From the NCBI GenBank assembly GCA_017964405.1, contig JAGCSA010000028.1, forward strand, positions 2,282 to 66,281: DNA of 64,000 nucleotides, written 5' to 3'. The translations under genes were made by a program, and so were the position numbers. This DNA comes from Bacilli bacterium. GTDB taxonomy: Bacteria > Bacillota_I > Bacilli_A > RF39 > UBA660. A model generated the notes under the pieces. The model was not told where the DNA came from, did not search any database, and saw nothing but the letters and a program-made list of their open reading frames with translations. Within the stretch, counting starts at the first letter, position 1. The number at the start of each line of letters is the position of its first letter. Below are positions 10,095 through 20,122 of this stretch, piece after piece.

Positions 10095-11293
10095 GATTCT
10101 ACTCCTAAAACCTTTAAGGCTTTACTATAACGAATAAACTTACTCATATAACTTCCATCATCATAATAAGAGTATCCTACAATCATATATTCCCCTTTAT
10201 CATAAAGAATATCCGTAAAATAATCATCTCGATCTTCTCCATAAGAAATTGCATCAATATATTTTAAATTAAAATCATATTTCGCAATAATTCCATCATA
10301 AGAGTACTCGGTAATACCTCCCTCTTCTTGAGAAGTAGCCATCGTTCCAATCGCAACAACATGATCTTGATCATCAATAATAAGTTTATTGAATCTCTCA
10401 ATACCATCTCCTGTATAAACAGCTTGATCAATATAAACACAATGGAAATTATATCGTACAATCATCGCATCATTATTATCATTATCTCGTCTCAATGCCC
10501 CACAAATATAAATAAATTGATCAGAAGCAGCAATTCCACTAAATCCAAGAGAATCCGTCGTCTTATAATCATTATAGGTAATAAAATTACCCTCTAAATC
10601 ATACTGTACTAAAACTCCTAAATAATTATTGTCTGTACCAACGGTATAGATAGATCCATTATGAATTAATAAATCATTATAGATAGCACTCTTACTACTT
10701 CCATAAGTACGGTACCATAATAAATCTCCTTCTTTACTATACTTTACGAGAATCGCTCCACCCTCATGATCTCCTACTCTCGTATTACGATAAATACTTT
10801 GTCCCGTAACATAATATGCATCTTCTGTTACCACAATACTCGTAAATTTAGAATTATCTAGTAAAGAGAAATCCTTCTCAAATAAAACATTTCCTTCTTG
10901 ATCATATTTCACAATGAGAGCACGACGAATCGAATCTCGATGATCTTCTTCTGTCTTTTCATAACTACCAACGACAACAAAAGACTCTCCATCGACTACC
11001 ACTCCAAAGAAAGAACTATTATATCCAATATTATAAAGCTTTTCATAAGTCTTTTGTTTCTGAAGATCATATAAGGAAACCTTCGCTTTTTCATAAGCTA
11101 AATCATTGTCATTATTACTACCAACAGTGATATAGCCATCTCCTTTCGATACAATCGCATTAATACCTTCAAAATAAATAGAAGTCTCTTTTGGAAAGAA
11201 AACATGATAACCAACATAAAGGATTTCCAAAATCAAAATCGCAATACAGATAAATGAAATAGTTTGATAACGTCTTACTTTTCTACGATTCAT
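10091..11293 (-). CDS. Membrane-anchored beta-propeller-like repeat protein
   Basis: N-terminal TM; about six repeats of a-ILVKYd.eGnllW..yG type; 4-bp ATGA overlap with the downstream phosphatase. Confidence 0.4.
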   Translation of the reverse strand: MNRRKVRRYQTISFICIAILILEILYVGYHVFFPKETSIYFEGINAIVSKGDGYITVGSNNDNDLAYEKAKVSLYDLQKQKTYEKLYNIGYNSSFFGVVVDGESFVVVGSYEKTEEDHRDSIRRALIVKYDQEGNVLFEKDFSLLDNSKFTSIVVTEDAYYVTGQSIYRNTRVGDHEGGAILVKYSKEGDLLWYRTYGSSKSAIYNDLLIHNGSIYTVGTDNNYLGVLVQYDLEGNFITYNDYKTTDSLGFSGIAASDQFIYICGALRRDNDNNDAMIVRYNFHCVYIDQAVYTGDGIERFNKLIIDDQDHVVAIGTMATSQEEGGITEYSYDGIIAKYDFNLKYIDAISYGEDRDDYFTDILYDKGEYMIVGYSYYDDGSYMSKFIRYSKALKVLGVES

Positions 11294-11369
11294 AGATACC
11301 TCCTATTATCTTCATTTTATCATAGAATTCCCTTAATAAAAAAAGAAAATACAAAAATTGTATTTTCTT

Positions 11370-12602
11370 TTATTCATAGATTCCTAAATAATATTTTTTC
11401 TTACCACGACGAATCACAATATATTTTGATTCAATACAAGCGTCTCTGGTAAGAACAAACTCTAAATCCGTAATCTTATCTCCATTAACTGTTATAGAAG
11501 AATTGGATACAAATTCTCTTGCTTCTCTTTTACTAGAACAAACTCCACTATTCACAAGTAAATCTACAATATTCATATCTTCCGTTATGGTAAAAGAATC
11601 AATTCCTTTAAAAGCAACTTCTACATCTTTTGCCGTAAAGTTCTTAATATCTCCACTGAATAAACTCTCACTAATTTTTAAAGCTTCTTGGTAACTTTCT
11701 TCTCCATGAAGATCACGAATAATCTCATGAGCAAGTGCTTTATGAGCTTCTCTTAGTTCAGGTTGCTCCTTGTTTTTCTTTTCTAATTCTTGAATCTCTT
11801 CTACAGAAAGGAAAGTAAAGATCTTTAAATAATCAATGACTAAATCATCATCTACATTAATTAAATATTGATATAGTTCATAAGAAGAAGTCTTTTCCTC
11901 ATCTAACCATAAAGCATTTCCTTCGCTTTTACCAAACTTATTACCATACTTATCAAGTACAAGAGGCATCGTAAAAGCATAAGCATCTTTTCCAAGTTTC
12001 TTCTTAATTAAATCAATACCAGTCGTAATATTACCCCATTGATCAGAACCTTCTACCTGCATAATACAATTCTTATTTTCATATAACCATAAGAAATCAT
12101 ATCCTTGAATTAACATATAAGCAAATTCTGCAAACGTAATACCCGTCTCTAATCTACGTTTAATAATATCTTTATCTAACATATAATTAACCGTAATATA
12201 TTTACCAATATCTCTTAATACATCTGTAAATTCATATCCTTGGAACCAATCATAGTTATTGACCACTTCTGCTTCTCCATGGAAGATCTCCATAACTTGT
12301 TTCTTAATACCCTCTAAGTTATGATTCAATTGCTCCTTCGTAATAATTTCTCGCTCAGCCGTAGGTCTAGGATCTCCAATTAATCCAGTAGCACCTCCAC
12401 ATAATAAAATGGGATGATGTCCATATTTCGCCAATCTCTTCGCAGTGACTAAACTAGAATAATGTCCTAAATGTAATGAATCTGCTGTAGGATCTGTTCC
12501 CCAATAAAAAGTAACTCTCTCATTATTTAATTTATCGGCAATGTCATCCCCTGCAACATCTTTTATTAAACCTCTCCATTGTAATTCTTCAAAAAATGTC
12601 AT
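11370..12602 (-). CDS. tyrS: Tyrosyl-tRNA synthetase
   Basis: HLGHY and KFGKS class I motifs; C-terminal S4 domain. Confidence 0.95.
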   Translation of the reverse strand: MTFFEELQWRGLIKDVAGDDIADKLNNERVTFYWGTDPTADSLHLGHYSSLVTAKRLAKYGHHPILLCGGATGLIGDPRPTAEREIITKEQLNHNLEGIKKQVMEIFHGEAEVVNNYDWFQGYEFTDVLRDIGKYITVNYMLDKDIIKRRLETGITFAEFAYMLIQGYDFLWLYENKNCIMQVEGSDQWGNITTGIDLIKKKLGKDAYAFTMPLVLDKYGNKFGKSEGNALWLDEEKTSSYELYQYLINVDDDLVIDYLKIFTFLSVEEIQELEKKNKEQPELREAHKALAHEIIRDLHGEESYQEALKISESLFSGDIKNFTAKDVEVAFKGIDSFTITEDMNIVDLLVNSGVCSSKREAREFVSNSSITVNGDKITDLEFVLTRDACIESKYIVIRRGKKKYYLGIYE

Positions 12603-13144
12603 TTTCTCTCCTCCTCTAATTTCAAATCATATATTTCATCTAAATGATAACCATAATCTAAATAAATACCTTCTACATCTCGAGTCGTACAATCTTCTCT
12701 CGAAAAACCTAATACTTCTAATGCATGATAAACAGCATCTTCTGATGCCCCTTCAATTTCCAAATAAGTAGGAATCTTAGGCCAATAATCAATATCAATC
12801 TCTACTCCATTCAATTCATATTGAATTCTTCTGTTTTCTTGATATCCCTTTGCTTCATATCCTAACTCTTTTAATAAAAGATGGCATCTTTCAAAGTTAT
12901 CGACTTCTATTTCTAATTCTTGTGTTCCATCAATTTGAGACGTAACAAGATTCTTGATCGTTAAAGTCGTCTTCTCCCCATTCGTTCTAAGACGAATCCA
13001 TTTATTTTCTTGTTTGGGATGAAAATCATAAACATATCGTCTTTGTACATGATCCCAACAAAACTTCGCATGATACTCTTCTAGCTTTTTGATCACAGAT
13101 TCTGGATCAATCTCTAATACTCGTACTTCATATTCTGTATGCAT
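12599..13144 (-). CDS. CYTH domain protein (CyaB/YjbK-like triphosphatase)
   Basis: EVEVK-like N-terminus (EYEVRVLEID), ~180 aa CYTH architecture; translationally coupled to tyrS. Confidence 0.65.
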   Translation of the reverse strand: MHTEYEVRVLEIDPESVIKKLEEYHAKFCWDHVQRRYVYDFHPKQENKWIRLRTNGEKTTLTIKNLVTSQIDGTQELEIEVDNFERCHLLLKELGYEAKGYQENRRIQYELNGVEIDIDYWPKIPTYLEIEGASEDAVYHALEVLGFSREDCTTRDVEGIYLDYGYHLDEIYDLKLEEERK

Positions 13145-13360
13145 AAGCCCCTCCTAAAAACAAAAACGCGAAAACTCATCCTAAGGACGAATCTTCGCGG
13201 TACCACCTTAATTCATGTAAAACATGCACTCTACCCTTTAACGCAGGAAACGATTTTTCTCCCAGTCCGTATTTCATAAAAATGACTCTCTTAGTTTTCA
13301 CCAACCACTAAGTCTCTAAAAAGAAATCAGATTTATTACTAAAAACTCTTCCTTGAAAAC
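13145..13360 (-). promoter_or_regulatory. T-box riboswitch leader (Tyr specifier) with terminator, controlling the CYTH-tyrS operon
   Basis: Minus-strand RNA contains the T-box AAUUAAGGUGGUACCGCG (plus 13196-13213), a CGCGAA...UUCGCG + U-run terminator and AGGAGG-AUG; stem I AGAGA / GGUGAAAA elements and GAAAUACG specifier (UAC=Tyr); promoter TTGATT-17-TATAGT at 13395-13367. Confidence 0.75.
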
Positions 13361-13399
13361 ACAAATACTATATCATAATTCAAAGGATTAATCAATCCA

Positions 13400-14410
13400 T
13401 TAAGCAAAATATACCATCAATCGATAATCCCAACTTAATGTATCTTGATTAGCTGGATATTCATAATGATCTTCATTCGCTCCCTCAATTTCCTGGAATC
13501 CATTGCCATCTCCTTTGTCACACTCCCATTGATAATAAAGAGTATAACCATCAAATCCTTGAACATAAGAAGTTAAATGAATGATTCTTCCTTCCACCAT
13601 TACAGACTGACGATCTGAGAAGATTACAACCATTCTCTGACCCGTATTTTGAACACCAATGGTATCTGCAAGACCATCTGATAACCAAATAAATAACCAA
13701 CGATTCTGTCCATCTTCTGTCTCAATATTAACCCAATTATCCACAATCGATAGAATCGTAACTTCTGTACCAGCAGGTAAGACAACAGGATGATTCGTCT
13801 TTCCCTTCGCAGGATAACTATTTGTATCCTCTGGTAATACATAAGTCCATTGAGTCTCTAAGGTATCAGACTGAATATAAGTAACACTAAATTGTAGATT
13901 TAAAGTTAAATCAGAACTAGGTAAATCACTAGAAGTAATATCTTTTTTATATTCTACCCGTACAGTTAAATTCTTCTTACTTCCAGGATTTAAAAGATCT
14001 CCTGTCTGAACATCATAGGCATATGTATAACGAGTAGAATAATCCACTATATTTTCATAAGCACTATCAATTCCTGTTAAAGAAACAACCGATACTTTTC
14101 CAGGAATCGTACCAGCATTACTAACATCCACTGTAAATTCATAAAAATCTCCTGGTAGTTGAAGAGTAATCGTATAGGTAATCAACGTATTATTAGAAGC
14201 ATTAATTTCCGCAGGATAATCTCCCTCTGTAAGAGGAGCACTCTCTTCTTTCACAACTAAATTTTCAAAATGAATATCCCATCTAGTATCCTGAATCACA
14301 CTAGAACCATTAATCGTAAGTTGAGAAGTTAATAAAGCATAACCAATCGTGAGAAACAAAATAATTCCCACAAAGAGAAATATAAATATTTTCTTTTTAC
14401 AATTATGCAT
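13400..14410 (-). CDS. Exported/membrane-anchored protein, possible TasA/camelysin-like fold plus C-terminal extension
   Basis: N-terminal signal anchor; weak similarity to TasA (NLQFSVTYIQ vs KLQFSFEATQW). Confidence 0.3.
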   Translation of the reverse strand: MHNCKKKIFIFLFVGIILFLTIGYALLTSQLTINGSSVIQDTRWDIHFENLVVKEESAPLTEGDYPAEINASNNTLITYTITLQLPGDFYEFTVDVSNAGTIPGKVSVVSLTGIDSAYENIVDYSTRYTYAYDVQTGDLLNPGSKKNLTVRVEYKKDITSSDLPSSDLTLNLQFSVTYIQSDTLETQWTYVLPEDTNSYPAKGKTNHPVVLPAGTEVTILSIVDNWVNIETEDGQNRWLFIWLSDGLADTIGVQNTGQRMVVIFSDRQSVMVEGRIIHLTSYVQGFDGYTLYYQWECDKGDGNGFQEIEGANEDHYEYPANQDTLSWDYRLMVYFA

Positions 14411-14465
14411 CGTATAACCTCCTTCCTATGATCATCCTACTGTAATCATATCATATTCAAACAAA

Positions 14466-14492
14466 TAAAAAAAGATGGCAAAAACCATCTTT
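14466..14492 (-). terminator. Rho-independent terminator after ytxH
   Basis: agatgg-caaaaa-ccatct hairpin with U-run on the minus strand. Confidence 0.55.
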
Positions 14493-14889
14493 ATTTATTA
14501 GCTAATTTCTTTTGAGTATCTTTAGATACTTTAATAACACTATCTAATACATCATTAGCAGCTTTCTTAAGAGCTGGAGTTCCTTTATCTTTTGCTAAAT
14601 CAACTAATTCTTGAGCTTTTGCTTTTAAAGCATCTCCCTTTTCTTTAGCAATTTCTAAAGCTTTTTCTTTGTCTAGATCCACTAATTCCATTTTGATATC
14701 TTCTACTTTTCTCATGATGTCTTTTTTAACTTCAGCAACATCAATATTCTTAGCTTGATCCACTAATTCATCAAGTTTATTTTTTAATTCCTTTCTCGTT
14801 TCTTCACCAGACTTTGGAGCAAATAAAACTCCTAATCCAACTCCAATAGCAGCTCCTGCAAAAAATTTTCCAATTCCAGATTTACTCAT
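14491..14889 (-). CDS. ytxH: YtxH-like protein (DUF948/general stress family)
   Basis: FFAGAAIGVGLGVLFAPKSGEETRKEL then Lys/Glu-rich helix. Confidence 0.65.
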   Translation of the reverse strand: MSKSGIGKFFAGAAIGVGLGVLFAPKSGEETRKELKNKLDELVDQAKNIDVAEVKKDIMRKVEDIKMELVDLDKEKALEIAKEKGDALKAKAQELVDLAKDKGTPALKKAANDVLDSVIKVSKDTQKKLANK

Positions 14890-15181
14890 AATCTTCCTCC
14901 TCCTTATAATTTCCTCTAAATTTTCCAAATAGTTTTGAGATTAATGCAGATGCAGAAAATACAAAACTATCTGTAATACTTGAAATGCTATCAGATGCTC
15001 TTTTCATAACAGCAAATGCATCATTAAAAGTATTAACTTTATCATCTATATTATCAACTAGTCTATCAACTTTATCTAATATTTTTAATAGTCGTAATGC
15101 TACAACAATTAAAACGATTAATAAGATGATAGCAACGATATATAGAACAACCGGTAAAAATACATCAACAAATACTTCCAT
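14882..15181 (-). CDS. ytxG: DUF948 YtxG-like membrane protein
   Basis: N-terminal TM then helical domain; conserved pairing upstream of ytxH. Confidence 0.55.
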   Translation of the reverse strand: MEVFVDVFLPVVLYIVAIILLIVLIVVALRLLKILDKVDRLVDNIDDKVNTFNDAFAVMKRASDSISSITDSFVFSASALISKLFGKFRGNYKEEEDYE

Positions 15182-15195
15182 ATGAAATCTCCTTT

Positions 15196-16530
15196 CTAAT
15201 TATCTTCATCTCTGTACATAGAATCGATTAAATCAAACAAGTTATCGTCATCATCAATCGTAGCAGCAGGAACTTCATCAGAAGCCTTTTCTTCCTCAAC
15301 AGGTTTTTCTATTTCTTCTGGTTTCTCTTCTACTACTTTTTCTTCAACTGTCTCTTTTTTCTCTTCTACAACAGGAGTTTCCTCTTTCTTTGGTTGTTCT
15401 TCAACCAATTCTTCTGGTGGCTCCGTCTCAGGAGTAATTTCCATTGTTCTTTCAATAACAGGTTCATCCTCAACTGGTGGAATATTCATCGTATCTTTAA
15501 TATCTTCTTCTAAATCATCTGGTTTTTTCTTAGGAGCATTCTTATTACTAGCATCCACATAATCTACGTTATATTCAAGACCTAGATCATGATAATACTC
15601 CATGGCATCTCCCACTGTTATTTCTTTTACTTCTGGTTTCTTCTCATCACTTAAATCTACTAATAAGTTTTCATCCTCTTCTTTGTCTTCTACTTCAAAA
15701 GCAGGAGCAAGAGGTTTCGTATCTAAAGCAGGTGGAGAAGGTTCCGTCTCAGGAACAACCTCTTCTGTAGATCTTCTACCATAAGCCTTTGCACGAATAT
15801 CATCTAAATTCATATTAGATTTTGCATAACTAGAAGTAATATGAATTTCTCTCTTTGTAACAACATCTTCTTTTTTATAATTCTTATCTAAAATACCATA
15901 GATAGGAGAAATAATAGGACTAGGTTTAAAGTAAGATTTATCATCTTTACTCTCAGAGCCATACTCCTTGATAGATACTTGATAAGAAGGATCCATTCCA
16001 TAAGGTCTACTCTCACGAGCTTTAATTCGATAATCCTCATGAATCGTACTATATACTTTTTCTTTGACAGCATCATATTCACGAACATAATCTTTATCTG
16101 CATAATGATCCATTGCATTCACGGTTACCGGCTGTTGTGGCTGTTCTTGTGGTTGTGCCAAAATAGGTTCAATTGGTGTAGCATCCACAATTGGTTGTGG
16201 TGGTGCCTCTACAGGAGCAACAGGTGGCTCTGTCGTAGGAGCTATATAATCAATATCATCATCCATTACATTAAAATTATCACGGAATACTTCTTTTACT
16301 TTGTCATCAATAGGTCGAATTTCAAAATCTTCATCTTTTAATTCTTCTTCTTCAATTTCTTCAACTTTTTCTTCTCTTTTACCAGGAAGAACAATCTTCT
16401 TCGCAATTGGTTTTTCTTCAGTTGTTTCCGTATCTTTATTTTTGATCTTCTTCTCTTTTTTAGGTTTATCTTCTACTTCGACATATTCAACCTCAAAAAG
16501 AGCATTTTTAATCTTATCTAATACGCCCAT
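15196..16530 (-). CDS. Highly acidic, Pro/Glu/Lys-rich low-complexity protein
   Basis: 444-aa ORF with strong compositional bias (EEK/PE repeats), acidic C-terminus DDDDNLFDLIDSMYRDEDN. Confidence 0.4.
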   Translation of the reverse strand: MGVLDKIKNALFEVEYVEVEDKPKKEKKIKNKDTETTEEKPIAKKIVLPGKREEKVEEIEEEELKDEDFEIRPIDDKVKEVFRDNFNVMDDDIDYIAPTTEPPVAPVEAPPQPIVDATPIEPILAQPQEQPQQPVTVNAMDHYADKDYVREYDAVKEKVYSTIHEDYRIKARESRPYGMDPSYQVSIKEYGSESKDDKSYFKPSPIISPIYGILDKNYKKEDVVTKREIHITSSYAKSNMNLDDIRAKAYGRRSTEEVVPETEPSPPALDTKPLAPAFEVEDKEEDENLLVDLSDEKKPEVKEITVGDAMEYYHDLGLEYNVDYVDASNKNAPKKKPDDLEEDIKDTMNIPPVEDEPVIERTMEITPETEPPEELVEEQPKKEETPVVEEKKETVEEKVVEEKPEEIEKPVEEEKASDEVPAATIDDDDNLFDLIDSMYRDEDN

Positions 16531-16543
16531 GAGTTCACCTCTT

Positions 16544-17203
16544 TTAGTAATCTAAATCAATCTTTTCATCCTCTAAATATTTAGAATATTCTTCGTTCTC
16601 ATTTCTCTTCGCAACATCCATATAAGATTCCTTACTAGAATCAGCTTTAAACAAACTATAATCTTCTTCTTGATAGTCTAATACATTCTCACCAATTAAA
16701 CTTTCAAGAACCGTATTATTAAACGTTACAGAACGTAAGATATAGCACATATTATTAACAGAATCTACAAGATCTCTCTTAGAAACATAAGCTTCTATCT
16801 TTACATAATTATAAACAAATTGAATAAAGTACTTTCCTTCTACTTCATCAATCTGAATAAATCCTGTCTTATCTTTATAATTCAATAATTTAGAATAGTA
16901 AGAAGAAGGATTTTCTTCATACGTATTCTCAATATTATGAAAATAACTAATCGCATCCACATATAGATAATACTTATTATTATTTTGGTCTAATAACAAA
17001 GCATTATATTCATCTTTAGTAACAAAGGAAATTCCCTTTGGTAAATAATATTTATAACCATCATAATATACATTAAAGATCTTTGCTTTTTGAGATAACA
17101 AATAATCCATATTGGTATCAATTTGATCAGATTCAAGTCGATGAATACTACAACCAGTCACAAATAAAACAGTAATAGAGAGTAAAACAATTAACTTTTT
17201 CAT
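16544..17203 (-). CDS. Lipoprotein, unknown function
   Basis: Signal peptide with lipobox LFVTGC. Confidence 0.5.
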   Translation of the reverse strand: MKKLIVLLSITVLFVTGCSIHRLESDQIDTNMDYLLSQKAKIFNVYYDGYKYYLPKGISFVTKDEYNALLLDQNNNKYYLYVDAISYFHNIENTYEENPSSYYSKLLNYKDKTGFIQIDEVEGKYFIQFVYNYVKIEAYVSKRDLVDSVNNMCYILRSVTFNNTVLESLIGENVLDYQEEDYSLFKADSSKESYMDVAKRNENEEYSKYLEDEKIDLDY

Positions 17204-17278
17204 ATTTCACCTACTCTTCTTATATTATATCATTATTTTCCTAAATGTAAAAAGTTTTTATTTGATTTTACTTAGTTT

Positions 17279-17905
17279 TCACTCTTTCATACATCGTACA
17301 AAATAGATAGGCATCTCTTGATTAGAAAATTTATCTTCATATTCGGTTGTAACCTCAGGAATCCCTTCTGCATGAAGATCAAAAGATATTTCCTCTAATA
17401 CATATCCAAACGTACTAAAACTAACCAAAGAATATTGAAATAAAGAGGAATTATCCGTTCTCATTTCAATGACCTTTTTCCCACAAAAAACACTTTCATA
17501 CTTCTCTAAAAAGAAAGAACTAGATAGTCTTCTCAAATGATGTCTTTTTTTAGGCCAAGGATCAGAAAAATTCAAATAAATTTGGTCAATCTCATGATCA
17601 AAAAAAGTATCAATAAAAGAAGCATCTCCCCGAACCATGACTAAGTTTTTTAAACCATCTGGTATCTTTTGCAAAGCCTTCGCAATCACACTATCATATT
17701 TCTCAATTCCAATATAGTTAATATTGGGATGTAGTAAAGCATTTTGAATCACAAATTGACCCTTCCCCATCCCAATTTCTACAAAGATAGGATTGGAATT
17801 GGAAAAAACATCTTTCCATTTTCCTTTATAGTTTTCAGGATCACGAATCAAATAAGAAGATTGACTCATAATCTCTTCTTTATTTTTGACATTTCTAAGA
17901 CGCAT
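17279..17905 (-). CDS. trmB: tRNA (guanine-N7)-methyltransferase
   Basis: EIGMGKGQFVI SAM-binding motif; TrmB family. Confidence 0.85.
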   Translation of the reverse strand: MRLRNVKNKEEIMSQSSYLIRDPENYKGKWKDVFSNSNPIFVEIGMGKGQFVIQNALLHPNINYIGIEKYDSVIAKALQKIPDGLKNLVMVRGDASFIDTFFDHEIDQIYLNFSDPWPKKRHHLRRLSSSFFLEKYESVFCGKKVIEMRTDNSSLFQYSLVSFSTFGYVLEEISFDLHAEGIPEVTTEYEDKFSNQEMPIYFVRCMKE

Positions 17906-18082
17906 AATATCACCTAAAATTATTTTATCACAGAAAGGAAAATGCTTCAAAGAACAAATAATGAGAATTGAAAACAGAATCAAGAATTTAACATAGAAAC
18001 AATAAAAATCAAAAAGAAAAAAGATGGTTCTAAGAAATCATCTATGATATACTATTAGAAGAGAAAGAGAGGTCTCAAAAAG

Positions 18083-19411
18083 ATGCTAAAGTTAAAGAAC
18101 ATAGAAAAAGAAAAATTTGATGAATTTGTTCGTAACCATAAGACCAAATCTCATTTTCTACAATCTCTTTCTTGGGGAGAGTTTTCCAGAGTAAAAAAGA
18201 ATCTAACTCCCTATTACATGGGATTAGTAAATGACGAAGATGAAATCGTCGCAGCAACTCTACTCTTAGAAAAACATCTTCCAATGAATAAATGTTATTT
18301 CTATGCCCCTCGTGGATTTGTACTAGATTATAAAAAGAAAGAAATCGTACGAGAGATGACAAAGAGAGTAAAAGAATTTGCGAAAAGTAAAAAAGCAATC
18401 TTTGTAAAAATAGATCCGGATATTATCAGAAAATCAACCAATTATCAAAATGAAAAAACAGAAAATCCTGATTATAATGAGATCTTCCAAACTCTAAAAT
18501 CTTGTGGTTTTAAACATCAAGGATATACAAAAAACTTTGAGACAATGCAACCAAGATATACCTTCCGAGTAGATTTAACACAAAGTATGGAAGATATAGA
18601 AGAACACTTTTCGAAAACAACCAAACAAAGAATTGCAAAAGCACAAAAACTAGATACAGAAGTCATGATAGGAGACAAAAGTGACATCAAAGAGTTCTAT
18701 CATCTAATGACACTAACAGAATCTAGAAAAGATTTTATATCCTATAACGAAGATTATTATGAAACATTATATGAAATCTTTAATGGAAATGAATCTACAA
18801 AAGCTACTCTATTCTTAGGAAAAATCAATATCACAAAGACAATCAAAGCATTAGAAAACAATTTAAAAACAGTGAATAATCAAATCTCTATATTACCAAT
18901 TGATAATTTAAGTAAAAGTGCCAAAGCAAAATTAACAGAATTAACCAAGCAAAAAGAAAATATTCAAGCAGAAATTGATAAATATGGAGAAGCGAAAAAA
19001 GAATATGGAAATGAAATTACATTAAGTGCTCATATGATTATTGAATATGGAAACAAAGCATGGGTTTTATATGCAGGAAATCATAATATTTTAAGTGAAA
19101 CCTATGTAAACTATAGTACATATTATGAACACATGAAGTATTGTAAAGAAAAAGGAATTGAAATATATGATCAATTCGGTACCATTGGAGATCTATCCAA
19201 AAATAATCCACGTTTAGGATTACATGAATTTAAAAAGAAATTTGGAGGAGACTACATTGAATTCATGGGAGAATGGGATTTAATTACAGATCCTCTCTTC
19301 TACTTTGTATTTACTAAACTAGTCCCAATTTACCGAAAAATCATTAGAAAACAAAGTAAGAAAAAACTAGAAGAAGAACTAAATCAAGACAAAGAAAAAG
19401 AGATCGAATGA
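18083..19411 (+). CDS. FemAB-family peptidoglycan cross-bridge aminoacyltransferase
   Basis: FemAB/MurM fold with central coiled-coil insertion (NLKTVNNQ...QKENIQAEIDKYGEAKK). Confidence 0.75.
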   Translation: MLKLKNIEKEKFDEFVRNHKTKSHFLQSLSWGEFSRVKKNLTPYYMGLVNDEDEIVAATLLLEKHLPMNKCYFYAPRGFVLDYKKKEIVREMTKRVKEFAKSKKAIFVKIDPDIIRKSTNYQNEKTENPDYNEIFQTLKSCGFKHQGYTKNFETMQPRYTFRVDLTQSMEDIEEHFSKTTKQRIAKAQKLDTEVMIGDKSDIKEFYHLMTLTESRKDFISYNEDYYETLYEIFNGNESTKATLFLGKINITKTIKALENNLKTVNNQISILPIDNLSKSAKAKLTELTKQKENIQAEIDKYGEAKKEYGNEITLSAHMIIEYGNKAWVLYAGNHNILSETYVNYSTYYEHMKYCKEKGIEIYDQFGTIGDLSKNNPRLGLHEFKKKFGGDYIEFMGEWDLITDPLFYFVFTKLVPIYRKIIRKQSKKKLEEELNQDKEKEIE

Positions 19412-19425
19412 TCTCTTTTTTTCGA

Positions 19426-19716
19426 TTAAATATTTCCAGCAGCAGCAGCATCTGCTTGTTGGTTTCTACCAGTAACTTCATAGATATGATTTCTCATAGT
19501 AACAACATCTTGGTAGAAAGGCTCAAATTGACTTTTAACGTGAGCTAAATACTCAGCATTAACATCCTCTGATCCTCTACTTTCCCAGTGAGTACCATGT
19601 AACATTCTCATAAGTCCATCGATATCATCGAAAACATCATGAATACGGGTAGCACTATTATAAATATTATCGGCTAAGCTAATAGCACGATCATAATCAG
19701 CTTCTTGAAATTCCAT
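19426..19716 (-). CDS. Small helical WXG-like protein, last gene of the WXG cluster
   Basis: 96 aa, HWESRGSE turn; Ala-rich C-terminus. Confidence 0.4.
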   Translation of the reverse strand: MEFQEADYDRAISLADNIYNSATRIHDVFDDIDGLMRMLHGTHWESRGSEDVNAEYLAHVKSQFEPFYQDVVTMRNHIYEVTGRNQQADAAAAGNI

Positions 19717-19736
19717 TCAAATTCACCTCCAAATAA

Positions 19737-20036
19737 TTAGAATAGATGACTTCCAGCAGATGCTAGATCATCCTCATTATCACTCAATATTTTTGCAGAA
19801 GTAACAATATTTTCTCCTCTTTGAGTAAGTCTTTGCTTAAAGTCCATTAATTCAGCAGTTTTTCCTTCGAAAGAACCCTTGTATGCAGTAGCAGCAGGAC
19901 CATTCCAAATACTTAATAATTCATGAGTATTTGATTCTAATTTGTGAATTTCTCCTAAAAAATCTTCTGAACTATCAATGGTGCTTTTTCCATCTTGACT
20001 CATTCCACCAGCTTGTACAATTAAACCATCAGACAT
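19737..20036 (-). CDS. WXG100 (ESAT-6-like) family protein
   Basis: 99 aa; LSIWNGPAATAY W-x-G turn. Confidence 0.7.
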   Translation of the reverse strand: MSDGLIVQAGGMSQDGKSTIDSSEDFLGEIHKLESNTHELLSIWNGPAATAYKGSFEGKTAELMDFKQRLTQRGENIVTSAKILSDNEDDLASAGSHLF

Positions 20037-20122
20037 AATTTCTAACCTCCATTCTTAACTAAATTATATCATCAAAACCAAAAATGCAATATAAACTATT
20101 GTAAATATGACATTTTTTTACA

